The translations under genes were made by a program, and so were the position numbers. The notes beneath the pieces are model-generated. The model made no database searches, was not told where the DNA came from, and worked only from the letters and a program-made list of their open reading frames with translations. This document shows, one piece after another, positions 19,357 to 27,423 of a stretch of DNA of 64,000 nt. Position 1 is the stretch's first letter. Every line of letters begins with the position of its first letter. Source of the DNA: Acidobacteriota bacterium (GTDB lineage: Bacteria > Acidobacteriota > Thermoanaerobaculia > Multivoradales > UBA5704); contig JBDTZG010000001.1 of the NCBI GenBank assembly GCA_040005235.1, positions 96,001-160,000 of the forward strand, written 5' to 3'.

Positions 19357-21348
19357 ATGGACCACTTCCAAGTCGTGTCTCGTTTCGAGCCCCAGGGCGA
19401 CCAGCCGGAGGCGATCCGACAGCTCTCCGAGGGCATCCTCGCGGGGGAAAAAGAACAGGTGCTGCTGGGCGTCACCGGATCGGGCAAGACCTTTTCGATC
19501 GCCAAGGTGGTCGAGCGGGTGAACCGGCCGACGCTCGTGCTGTCGCACAACAAGATCCTCGCCGCGCAGCTGTTCCAGGAGTTCCGGAGCTTTTTCCCCA
19601 ACAACGCGGTCGAGTACTTCGTCTCCTATTACGACTACTACCAGCCGGAGGCGTACGTCCCTCAGTCCGACACCTACATCGAGAAAGAGACCAACATCAA
19701 CGAGGAGATCGAGCGCCTGCGCCTGCGCGCGACCAAGGCGCTGTTCGAGCGGCGCGACGTGCTGATCGTCTCCTCGGTCTCGTGCATCTACGGCCTCGGC
19801 TCGCCGGAGTCGTTCTTCGGCATGCTCCATTTCTTCGAAAAAGGGAGCGAAGAGGGGATGGACCTGGTTCTTCGCCGGCTGGTCGACATGCAGTACCAGC
19901 GCACCCAGATGGACCTCTACCCCGGCACCTTCAGGGTGCGCGGCGACGTGCTGGAGATCTTCCCCTCCTACGACGAGATCGGCTTGCGGATCGAATACTT
20001 CGGCGACGAGATCGAGCGGATCACCCGCTTCGACCTGCTGCGCGGCGAGGCGTTCGAGGAGGTGGAACGGATCGCGGTCTTCCCGAAGACCCACTACGTG
20101 ACGCCCAAGGACCGGATGATCCGGGCGATCGAGACGATCAAGGTGGAGCTGCAGGAGCGGCTCGCCGAGCTGGAGGTGCAGGGCAAGCTCCTGGAGCGGC
20201 AGCGGTTGGAGCAGCGGACGATGTTCGACCTCGAAATGCTTCAAGAGATCGGCTCCTGCCACGGGATCGAGAACTACTCGCGCCACCTCTCCGGCCGCGC
20301 CGCGGGCGAGGCGCCGCCGACGCTGCTCGACTATTTCCCCGACGATTTCCTCCTGGTGGTCGACGAAAGCCACCAGACGATTCCCCAGGTGCGCGGCATG
20401 TACCACGGCGACCGGTCGAGGAAGCAGACGCTGGTCGATTACGGCTTCCGGCTGCCTTCGGCACTCGACAATCGGCCGCTCCAGTTCCCGGAGTTCGACG
20501 CCCGCGTCGGCCAGCGGATCTACGTCTCGGCCACCCCGGCTCCCTGGGAGCTGGAACGTACCCACGGCGTGATCGCCGAGCAGTTGATCCGCCCGACCGG
20601 GCTGATCGATCCGGTGATCGACGTCCGCCCGGCCAAGGGCCAGGTGGACGACCTGGTGGGGGAGATCCGGAAGACCATCGAGCGAGGCGAGCGCGTACTG
20701 GTGACCACCCTCACCAAGCGGATGTCGGAAGAGCTGTCCCAATATTTGAAAGAGATCGGGATCAAGGTTCGCTATCTGCACAGCGACATCGAGACGCTCG
20801 AACGGGTGGAGATCATCACCGGACTGCGGCGCGGCGAGTTCGACGTCCTGGTCGGCATCAACCTCCTGCGCGAAGGGCTCGATCTGCCGGAGGTCTCGCT
20901 GGTGGCGATCCTCGACGCGGACAAAGAGGGATTCCTGCGCTCCGAGACCTCGCTGATCCAGACCTCGGGCCGCGCCGCGCGAAACTTGAACGGCCGGGTG
21001 ATCTTCTACGCCGACGCAATGACCAACTCGATGCAGCGCGCCCTCTCCGAGACCGCCCGCCGCCGGATCAAGCAGGAGGCCCACAACGTCGAGCACGGCA
21101 TCGAGCCGCAATCGATCTTGAAGGACATCCACAGCCCGCTCGTCCAGATGGCGAACCTCGACCTCTACTCGACCGGCGTCGGCCGCCTCTCCGAGCTGGC
21201 CGACCGTTCCGACCTGCCGCTCTCCGAGCAGATCGCCCTGGTCGAAAAGCAGATGCGCGCCGCCGCCAAGCGCCTGGAATTCGAAGAGGCCGCGATGCTC
21301 CGCGACAAGCTGAAGGAGCTGCGGGACGTTCAGGTGTTCGCGGGGTAG
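19357..21348 (+). CDS. uvrB: Excinuclease ABC subunit B
   Basis: [49 protein letters not shown], and a C-terminal UVR domain ([11 protein letters not shown]). Confidence 0.98.
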   Translation: MDHFQVVSRFEPQGDQPEAIRQLSEGILAGEKEQVLLGVTGSGKTFSIAKVVERVNRPTLVLSHNKILAAQLFQEFRSFFPNNAVEYFVSYYDYYQPEAYVPQSDTYIEKETNINEEIERLRLRATKALFERRDVLIVSSVSCIYGLGSPESFFGMLHFFEKGSEEGMDLVLRRLVDMQYQRTQMDLYPGTFRVRGDVLEIFPSYDEIGLRIEYFGDEIERITRFDLLRGEAFEEVERIAVFPKTHYVTPKDRMIRAIETIKVELQERLAELEVQGKLLERQRLEQRTMFDLEMLQEIGSCHGIENYSRHLSGRAAGEAPPTLLDYFPDDFLLVVDESHQTIPQVRGMYHGDRSRKQTLVDYGFRLPSALDNRPLQFPEFDARVGQRIYVSATPAPWELERTHGVIAEQLIRPTGLIDPVIDVRPAKGQVDDLVGEIRKTIERGERVLVTTLTKRMSEELSQYLKEIGIKVRYLHSDIETLERVEIITGLRRGEFDVLVGINLLREGLDLPEVSLVAILDADKEGFLRSETSLIQTSGRAARNLNGRVIFYADAMTNSMQRALSETARRRIKQEAHNVEHGIEPQSILKDIHSPLVQMANLDLYSTGVGRLSELADRSDLPLSEQIALVEKQMRAAAKRLEFEEAAMLRDKLKELRDVQVFAG

Positions 21349-21368
21349 GGGAGGGCTGGCCGAACCCG

Positions 21369-21481
21369 ACCCAGGCCTTCAGCCTGGGCTAACGTGACAC
21401 GGCCCTTCAGGCCGAAATCATCGATCGGAGCGCGGCGGCCCAACGGGCCGCGTCACGTTAGCCCAGGGCAACGCCCTGGGT
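21369..21481. repeat. Inverted doublet of 46-bp double-hairpin REP-like units (REPIN/BIME-like)
   Basis: Unit 21369-21414 and the reverse complement of unit 21436-21481 align end to end. Each unit holds cccagg..cctggg and ggcc..ggcc hairpins. Confidence 0.8.
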
Positions 21482-21518
21482 TGCGGGGATCGCGGGGTCG
21501 GGTGGCCGGAGGTACGCC

Positions 21519-22358
21519 TCAAGCCAATCGCGGATCGGGCAAAATCTGCCGCAGGTAAGGCTCGATTCCTTGGCTCTCGTCCCAGTTCTGGGGGTAGCCG
21601 AGCGACACCTCTTCGAAGCGCACGCCGTCGCGGAAGTGGGTGGCGCGGATGTGCAGATGGCCGAAGATCACGCACTGGGCCTTGAAACGGATGTGCCAAT
21701 CCTCCGTCCGCCGGGTGCCGCACCAGACCGAGAAGCGGGGCACTCGCGGCAGGATCGCGAGATCCCGCTTGAGCGGCCAGTGGTTGATCAGGATCGTCGG
21801 CCCGCGCTCGGCCGCCGCGGTCAGACGGCGCTCGGCGTCGAGGCAGCGAGCGGCGCACCAGGCCGAGCGGCTGGGGTAGGGATCGGGGTGGAGCAGCACC
21901 TCGTCCGAGCAGAGGATGTCCTCTTCGGCGGCCCATTGGACCGCTTCCTCTACGGGGATGTGATCGGGGCGGAAGGAGTAGTCGTAGAGCAGGAAGAGCG
22001 GTGCGAGCACAGGTGCCGGGCCGTCCGCCGCAGAGCCTCCCGTCCAGGTGATGTAGGGATCTTCCGGGGTCAGCACGCCGAATGAGCGGCAAATTTCGAC
22101 CATCCGCCGGTATTTCCGTTCCCCGCGCGGCTCATCCGGATGGGATGGGATGGTCCATAGGTCGTGGTTGCCGGGGACCCAGAGCAGGCGAGCGAACCGG
22201 CGTGACAGAACGGTGAGCGCGAAGCGCAGATGCTCGTCCGTTTCGCCCACGTCGCCGGCCACGATCAGCCAGTCCTCCGGATGCGGCGCGAGATTCAGCA
22301 GCGCCTTGCGGTTGGATTCGTGGCGGAGATGGAGATCGCCGAGCGCGTAGAGCTTCAA
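21519..22358 (-). CDS. Metallophosphoesterase resembling phosphopantetheinyl-carrier hydrolase PptH (Rv2795c) family
   Basis: GDLH, AGDVGE, PGNHDLW and FGHLH calcineurin-like motifs, plus LTPEDPY, PLFLLYDYSFRP, WCGT and FEEVSLGYP. The TTG start overlaps the upstream TGA. Confidence 0.8.
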   Translation of the reverse strand: MKLYALGDLHLRHESNRKALLNLAPHPEDWLIVAGDVGETDEHLRFALTVLSRRFARLLWVPGNHDLWTIPSHPDEPRGERKYRRMVEICRSFGVLTPEDPYITWTGGSAADGPAPVLAPLFLLYDYSFRPDHIPVEEAVQWAAEEDILCSDEVLLHPDPYPSRSAWCAARCLDAERRLTAAAERGPTILINHWPLKRDLAILPRVPRFSVWCGTRRTEDWHIRFKAQCVIFGHLHIRATHFRDGVRFEEVSLGYPQNWDESQGIEPYLRQILPDPRLA

Positions 22359-23152
22359 TGGATCGACTCTAGGGGAGGCGTGCCTAAATCGGCGCCCTCG
22401 ATCTCGCGAAGGTAGTCCGGCCGCTCCGGCGGCGTTTGCGGGTCGACCGGACCCTCGCCCGGCAGCAGGAGGGTCTGGACCAACTTGCCCTCGGGGCCGA
22501 CGTAGACCTCGGTTGCCGGATGGCGGATCGGCTCCAGCGAATAATCGGGGTGGTAGACCAGACCGCCGCCGGTCGGGATGCCGATCCCCTTGACGTGCTC
22601 GCCCGCCCGCGGCACGACGCGATGGAGCATCGGCCAATCGGGCTCGGCATGCGCGTCGATCACGAACGGCACGACCCGGAAGGTGTCGAACAGCCGATCG
22701 CTCCCTTCGTCCAGACCTTTGAGCCCGAGCTGGATCGCGCCGGCCGAGATGCCGACCAGGAGCGCCCCGGCGTAATAGCGGGCAAAGATCTTCGCGCCGA
22801 GGTCGTTGGCGTCGAACGCATCCCAACCGCGGCGGACGTCGCCGCCGGCAAACAACAGCAGGTCGGCCTGCTCGATGAACGCGAGATCGTCGGAGCCCAA
22901 GCGCGCCGGGATGTGGCGGCAATTCCGGATGCCGATGCCGTCCATCGCCGCGAGGAACAGCTCGTAGAACTCCGGTGCGTCGCCGTTGGAAGCGCCGAAA
23001 TAGGCGGCCGACAAAGGCCGCGAAGACCCTTCCGCGGGGTCGAGATCCTCGATCAGAAGGTCGCGCAAGCGCTCTAGAAACAGACGCTCGCCGTCGCGCC
23101 AGAACAGCATCTGGGAGTCGGAGAAGAGGTAGACCGGTTTGATCGTAGCCAT
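22355..23152 (-). CDS. Peptidase S51 / class I glutamine amidotransferase-like protein (peptidase E/cyanophycinase superfamily)
   Basis: ADLLLFAGGD, nucleophile elbow LVGISAGAI, IDAH and GIGIP. Confidence 0.8.
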   Translation of the reverse strand: MATIKPVYLFSDSQMLFWRDGERLFLERLRDLLIEDLDPAEGSSRPLSAAYFGASNGDAPEFYELFLAAMDGIGIRNCRHIPARLGSDDLAFIEQADLLLFAGGDVRRGWDAFDANDLGAKIFARYYAGALLVGISAGAIQLGLKGLDEGSDRLFDTFRVVPFVIDAHAEPDWPMLHRVVPRAGEHVKGIGIPTGGGLVYHPDYSLEPIRHPATEVYVGPEGKLVQTLLLPGEGPVDPQTPPERPDYLREIEGADLGTPPLESIH

Positions 23153-23180
23153 GGCGTGGCGCCAAGGATATCAGGCCCGT

Positions 23181-23915
23181 TCAGGGTGTCTCCGTCTCCG
23201 CCCGCCGATAGACCCAGCGCACGGAGACCGGCGGCAGCGGGCCGTAGCCTTCGAGCGAGACGACGACGATCAGCTCGGGCTTGCCGTCGATGCCGGCGGC
23301 CACGCGGTAGAGCTCGCTCCGCTCCGGGCCGCGGGTGGGGCTCTCGTAGATCGTCAGCTCGCCGTCCTTCCAGGTCGCCCAGCTTTTGATCGCCGTGCCG
23401 TCGGGGCGCTCGCGCTTGGTCTTCTTGGCGTTGGGCGCGATCGAAAGCGGGGGAGCGTGGAGCAGCGGATCGGACGCCTCCGGCTCGGTCGAGATCGTAA
23501 AGGTGCCGTTCGCGAAGGCGATTTTCTGTTCGAGCGGCGCCTCCATCCGTCCGGAGAGCTTGGCCATGTCCGGCGCTTCGACCGGCGGCCGGAAGCCGCT
23601 GTTGCCGGTCCCCGGAGGGCCGCCGCCGGGCCGCCCGCCTCCGCCGCCGCCTGGCCCGGAAAAACCACCGTCCCGCGCATGGCTGTGCGCCTCGCGCATC
23701 GCGCTCCGGAAATCTTGGCTGCGATCCGAGTCGAGCTGCCAGCTGCCGAGCAAGGGCTGGACCGCCGCCTCCGTCGGAGGAGGCGCCGCCGCTCCGACGG
23801 GACCCGCGGTCAACGCCAGCATGAGTCCCAGCTCGAGGCCTAGGCCCGATCCGAGAATTCGCCGCCGAAATCCTTGCCGTCCCTGCGGTCCATTGGGTGC
23901 TTTCAGTTCGCTCAT
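23181..23915 (-). CDS. Exported hypothetical protein with Gly/Pro-rich insert
   Basis: Signal-like N-terminus, LGSWQLDSDRS lipocalin-like first strand, and C-terminal VRWVYRR. Confidence 0.65.
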   Translation of the reverse strand: MSELKAPNGPQGRQGFRRRILGSGLGLELGLMLALTAGPVGAAAPPPTEAAVQPLLGSWQLDSDRSQDFRSAMREAHSHARDGGFSGPGGGGGGRPGGGPPGTGNSGFRPPVEAPDMAKLSGRMEAPLEQKIAFANGTFTISTEPEASDPLLHAPPLSIAPNAKKTKRERPDGTAIKSWATWKDGELTIYESPTRGPERSELYRVAAGIDGKPELIVVVSLEGYGPLPPVSVRWVYRRAETETP

Positions 23916-23921
23916 GCGTTC

Positions 23922-23965
23922 AGTTTACCCCGGCCCCCCGCCGAAGAACTTGTAAGCGATGTAAG
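23922..23965 (-). promoter_or_regulatory. Promoter with -10 TAAACT and direct-repeat OmpR/CpxR-type box
   Basis: Minus-strand CTTAC-ATCG-CTTAC (23965-23952) lies 25 nt upstream of TAAACT (23927-23922), which is 6 nt before ATG 23915. Confidence 0.55.
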
Positions 23966-24018
23966 AAACTGCCGCCTCCCGCCGTCGCCCGAAGCGCCCC
24001 TTGCTAAGCTCTCCTGCG

Positions 24019-25965
24019 ATGTCGAAACCCGCCCGATCGAAGCCCGGCACCGGCGCCGCCGCAGCGAGCGCCCGCTCGTCGCGCCTGGCGGTAGCCGCGC
24101 TGGTGGGGCTGCTCGCCCTGCTCGGCGTGCTCCAGTGGCGCTGGATCGGCGAAGTGAGCCGGCTTGAAAGGGAACGCACGCGACGCTCGCTCTCCGAAGC
24201 GGGGGAGGGGCTGGTCGCCGATCTCGATCGCGAGCTGCTACGGGTGTTCTTCTATTTTCAGCTCGGCCCTCACGCGTTGCGGATGCACCTCGATCCGCAG
24301 CTGAATCTGCCGGTCCCGCCGCCTTCGGGAGCCGGTGCCCGCGCGACCGATCCGGCCGATCTCGACACGAGGGTGGCGAGCCAGCTGGCGCTCTGGCGCC
24401 AGAATGCTTTCTATCCGCGCCTGGTGCGCGCCGTGTATCGGGCGAGCGGCCGCCCGGCGGAGCTGTCGCTCTGTTCGACCGTTCCGCCGGTCTGCCGGCC
24501 GGTCCTTTGGCCGCCCGATCTCGCCGCGGCGCGACAGCGGATCGACGCCGGGCTCACCGGGCCGGAGGTCGAGCCGCGCGCGCCGGCCCTTCTGCTGCCC
24601 CTTTCTCTGGCTCCCCATGGCGGACCGCTCGGACCGTTTCCCGGGATGGCGGAGCCTTCGCCCGGCGCGCCGCCCGGAACTCGCCCCGGCGGCACGCCGG
24701 GAACGATCCTGGTAGTGCAGTTCGATGCGAATCTGATGGCTCACGAGATCCTGCCGCAGCTGGCGGAGCGCTATTTTCACCTGACGAAACGGCCGGAGGT
24801 GCGTCTCGCCGTGGTCGGGCCGAACGGGGTCCTCTATCGGTCCGATCCGGGGTTTACGCCGAAATTCGATTCCGGCGACGATCTCTGGCTGCCGATGCTC
24901 GAATTGCGCGGGCCGGTCGAGTTCCACCGCCTGTTGCCCGAGCTGCTGCATGGCGCAAAATTCGAGCTGCCGGTGCCGGGGCACGGGTCGGAGCGTGGGC
25001 CGCAGCACGGCCGAGCTCACCGAGAGCTGCGGCAGGCGTTCCTGTTTCGCAGTCCGGATCCGCCGTCCGGCGCGGCCGGCACCTGGGCGCTCGCGATCTC
25101 CGACCGCGCGGGCTCGCTCGAAGCGGCGGTGGGCCACGTGCGCGCACGCAATATGGGAGTGAGCCTCGCGATCCTCGCTCTGCTCGGGGCGAGCCTGTTC
25201 GTCCTCGCCCGCTCGGCCGCCCGGGCGCACCGGCTCGCCGAGCAGCGGCTCGAATTCGTCGCCGGGGTGACCCACGAGCTGCATACGCCGATCGCGGCGA
25301 TCCGCGCCGCGGCGCAGAACTTGGCCGACGGCGTAGTCGCCGAGCCGGCCAAGGTGCGCGAGTATGGCGGCCTGGTCGATCGCGAAGGGGCCCGGCTGTC
25401 GTCTCTGGTCGCCCAGGCGCTGGAGCTGGCGGGGATCGAGTCGGGCACCCGGGCGTTTGCCCCGGAGGCGCTCGCGGTGGCAGAGGCGATCGATCGCGCG
25501 CTCGAAGACGCCGGCCCGGCGCTCGCCCGCGTGGGACCCCCGGGCATCACCGTGGAGCGCGACGCCGACGCGGAGCGCGCGATCCCTTCGGCGTTCGCCG
25601 ACCGGGCCGCCCTCCGGCTCGCCCTGCGCAACCTGATCGAAAACGCGGCGAAATACGCCGCCTCCGGTGGCTGGGTGGGTATTCGCACCGCCGCCTCGTC
25701 CGGCGCGATCACGATCCGGGTGGAAGATCGCGGCCCCGGGGTGGCGGCCGAGGATCGGCCCCACCTGTTCGAGCCGTTCGTCCGCGGTCGCGCCGCGTCG
25801 AGCGCGGTCGGCTCGGTTTCGGGCGCGGGCCTCGGCCTTACGCTCGCCCGACGGGCGCTCGAAGCGACGGGCGGAACCGTCGAGTTGCGCGAAGGACCGG
25901 GTGGCGTCGGCAGCGCGTTCGAAATCCGGCTGCCGGTGGCCGTTAGGGGAGACCACGAACGATGA
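24019..25965 (+). CDS. Membrane sensor histidine kinase (HisKA/HATPase)
   Basis: Two TM segments, H-box VTHELHTP, N-box NLIENAAKY, G1 VEDRGPG, F-box LFEPF and G2 GAGLGL. Confidence 0.93.
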   Translation: MSKPARSKPGTGAAAASARSSRLAVAALVGLLALLGVLQWRWIGEVSRLERERTRRSLSEAGEGLVADLDRELLRVFFYFQLGPHALRMHLDPQLNLPVPPPSGAGARATDPADLDTRVASQLALWRQNAFYPRLVRAVYRASGRPAELSLCSTVPPVCRPVLWPPDLAAARQRIDAGLTGPEVEPRAPALLLPLSLAPHGGPLGPFPGMAEPSPGAPPGTRPGGTPGTILVVQFDANLMAHEILPQLAERYFHLTKRPEVRLAVVGPNGVLYRSDPGFTPKFDSGDDLWLPMLELRGPVEFHRLLPELLHGAKFELPVPGHGSERGPQHGRAHRELRQAFLFRSPDPPSGAAGTWALAISDRAGSLEAAVGHVRARNMGVSLAILALLGASLFVLARSAARAHRLAEQRLEFVAGVTHELHTPIAAIRAAAQNLADGVVAEPAKVREYGGLVDREGARLSSLVAQALELAGIESGTRAFAPEALAVAEAIDRALEDAGPALARVGPPGITVERDADAERAIPSAFADRAALRLALRNLIENAAKYAASGGWVGIRTAASSGAITIRVEDRGPGVAAEDRPHLFEPFVRGRAASSAVGSVSGAGLGLTLARRALEATGGTVELREGPGGVGSAFEIRLPVAVRGDHER

Positions 25966-26666
25966 GCGGCGAGCGCATCCTCCTGGTCGAAGACGAGCCG
26001 AGCCTGCAGCTCACGCTCTCCGATCGACTGAAGAGCGAGGGCTATCGGGTCGAACCGGCGATCACCGGCGACGCCGGAGAGGCGCGAGCTCTCGCCGAAT
26101 CGTTCGACCTGATCATCCTCGACGTCATGCTGCCGGGGAAAAACGGCTTCGACGTCTGCCGAGACCTGCGCCAGCGCGGCCTCGACGTGCCGATCCTGAT
26201 GCTTACCGCCCGCACCCAGGTGGTCGACCGGGTGGTGGGCCTGAAGCTCGGCGCCGACGACTATCTGAGCAAGCCGTTCGAGGCGATCGAGCTGCTCGCG
26301 CGAATCGAGGCGCTGCTCCGGCGGGCGCGGCCGAAAAATGCCTACGGCAACGGCGGGCCGCCCCCGGACACGTTCCGTTTCGGCGACGTCGAGATCGATT
26401 GGAAACGCGCCGAGGTCCGGCGCGAAGGCGTGCCGGTCTCGCTCTCCGCTCTGGAGCTGAAACTACTGCGATATCTGATCGAGCGCCACGGCGAAGTGAT
26501 CGGACGCGACGAGCTGCTCGACCGGGTCTGGGGCTACGACGCCACGGCCCAGACCCGCACGGTCGACGTCCATATCGCGTCGCTGCGCCAGAAGCTCGAA
26601 CCGGTCCCGGCCCATCCGCGTTTTCTCGTCACCGTCCACCGTCTCGGTTACAAGTTCGTGGAGTAG
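25962..26666 (+). CDS. OmpR-family response regulator
   Basis: ILLVEDE, LDVMLP phospho-Asp, GADDYLSKPF and winged helix RTVDVHIASLRQKL. ATGA overlap with the kinase. Confidence 0.95.
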   Translation: MSGERILLVEDEPSLQLTLSDRLKSEGYRVEPAITGDAGEARALAESFDLIILDVMLPGKNGFDVCRDLRQRGLDVPILMLTARTQVVDRVVGLKLGADDYLSKPFEAIELLARIEALLRRARPKNAYGNGGPPPDTFRFGDVEIDWKRAEVRREGVPVSLSALELKLLRYLIERHGEVIGRDELLDRVWGYDATAQTRTVDVHIASLRQKLEPVPAHPRFLVTVHRLGYKFVE

Positions 26667-26681
26667 CCTGAAGAATCTCGC

Positions 26682-26745
26682 TTTACATCCTTGACGTTAC
26701 CTTTGCGTCCGCTTGAAGACTTGGGGGAGGAGCGCGACCTATCCT
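26682..26745 (+). promoter_or_regulatory. Putative response-regulator boxes and -10 upstream of the Spy-like gene
   Basis: TTTAC-ATCC-TTGAC (26682-26695), a degenerate second copy (~26702-26716), and TATCCT (26740-26745). Confidence 0.45.
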
Positions 26746-26804
26746 GCCCTCACCGTCGGCGCTAACCCGGCCGGCCGCAACGAACTTTCCGAGGAGACTA
26801 AGCC

Positions 26805-27341
26805 ATGAAGCGTTGGATTTTCCTGATCGCCCTCGCCGCTTTGCTCAACCCGATCGCTACGGCCTCCGCCGCCACCCCGGCCGACAAGCCGGTGGTGGAA
26901 AAGAACGTCGTGTTCATCGGCCGCCCCGGCATGGATGGCCACGGCATGCACCGAATGATGTGGAAAGGCGACGGCCCGCCGCCGATCGTCGACATGTTGA
27001 AGACCCAGCTCGACTTGACCGCCGACCAGGAAAGCGCCGCCCGCGACCTCGAAACCACGTTGCGCGAAACGATGAAGCCGCTTCACGATCAGCTCGCTGG
27101 GCTCCAGGCAGACCTCGACAGAGCCCTCGATTCCGGGGCCGATGCCGCGACCGTCGGCAATGCCGCGATCGCCGTCCACAAAATCACGAAGCAGATGGAA
27201 ACCGCCCACCAGGAGTTCCATCAGAGCTTCTCGGACCTGTTGACCGCCGATCAGAAAACGAAATTCGAAGCGTTCCACCAGAGGTTCAAGTTCCGGGTCG
27301 GCGGCCCGGGAATGCTTCCCCCGCCAGGCGACGAGAACTGA
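26805..27341 (+). CDS. Periplasmic Spy/CpxP/ZraP-family protein
   Basis: GAGGAG RBS, signal peptide, two LTxxQ motifs (LDLTADQ, LLTADQK) and a Met/His/Gly-rich linker. Confidence 0.8.
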   Translation: MKRWIFLIALAALLNPIATASAATPADKPVVEKNVVFIGRPGMDGHGMHRMMWKGDGPPPIVDMLKTQLDLTADQESAARDLETTLRETMKPLHDQLAGLQADLDRALDSGADAATVGNAAIAVHKITKQMETAHQEFHQSFSDLLTADQKTKFEAFHQRFKFRVGGPGMLPPPGDEN

Positions 27342-27423
27342 TCCCGCCTTGCTCCTGTGACCCAGGAGCGTGAACCCCATAGAGCGCGCCGTCCGGAGCG
27401 AACCCAGGCGGCGCGCTTTCCAC

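Noticed and set aside
21519-23165. Single 548-aa fusion ORF
   Set aside because: The phosphoesterase starts at TTG 22358. The upstream part is an alternative frame of the S51-like gene.
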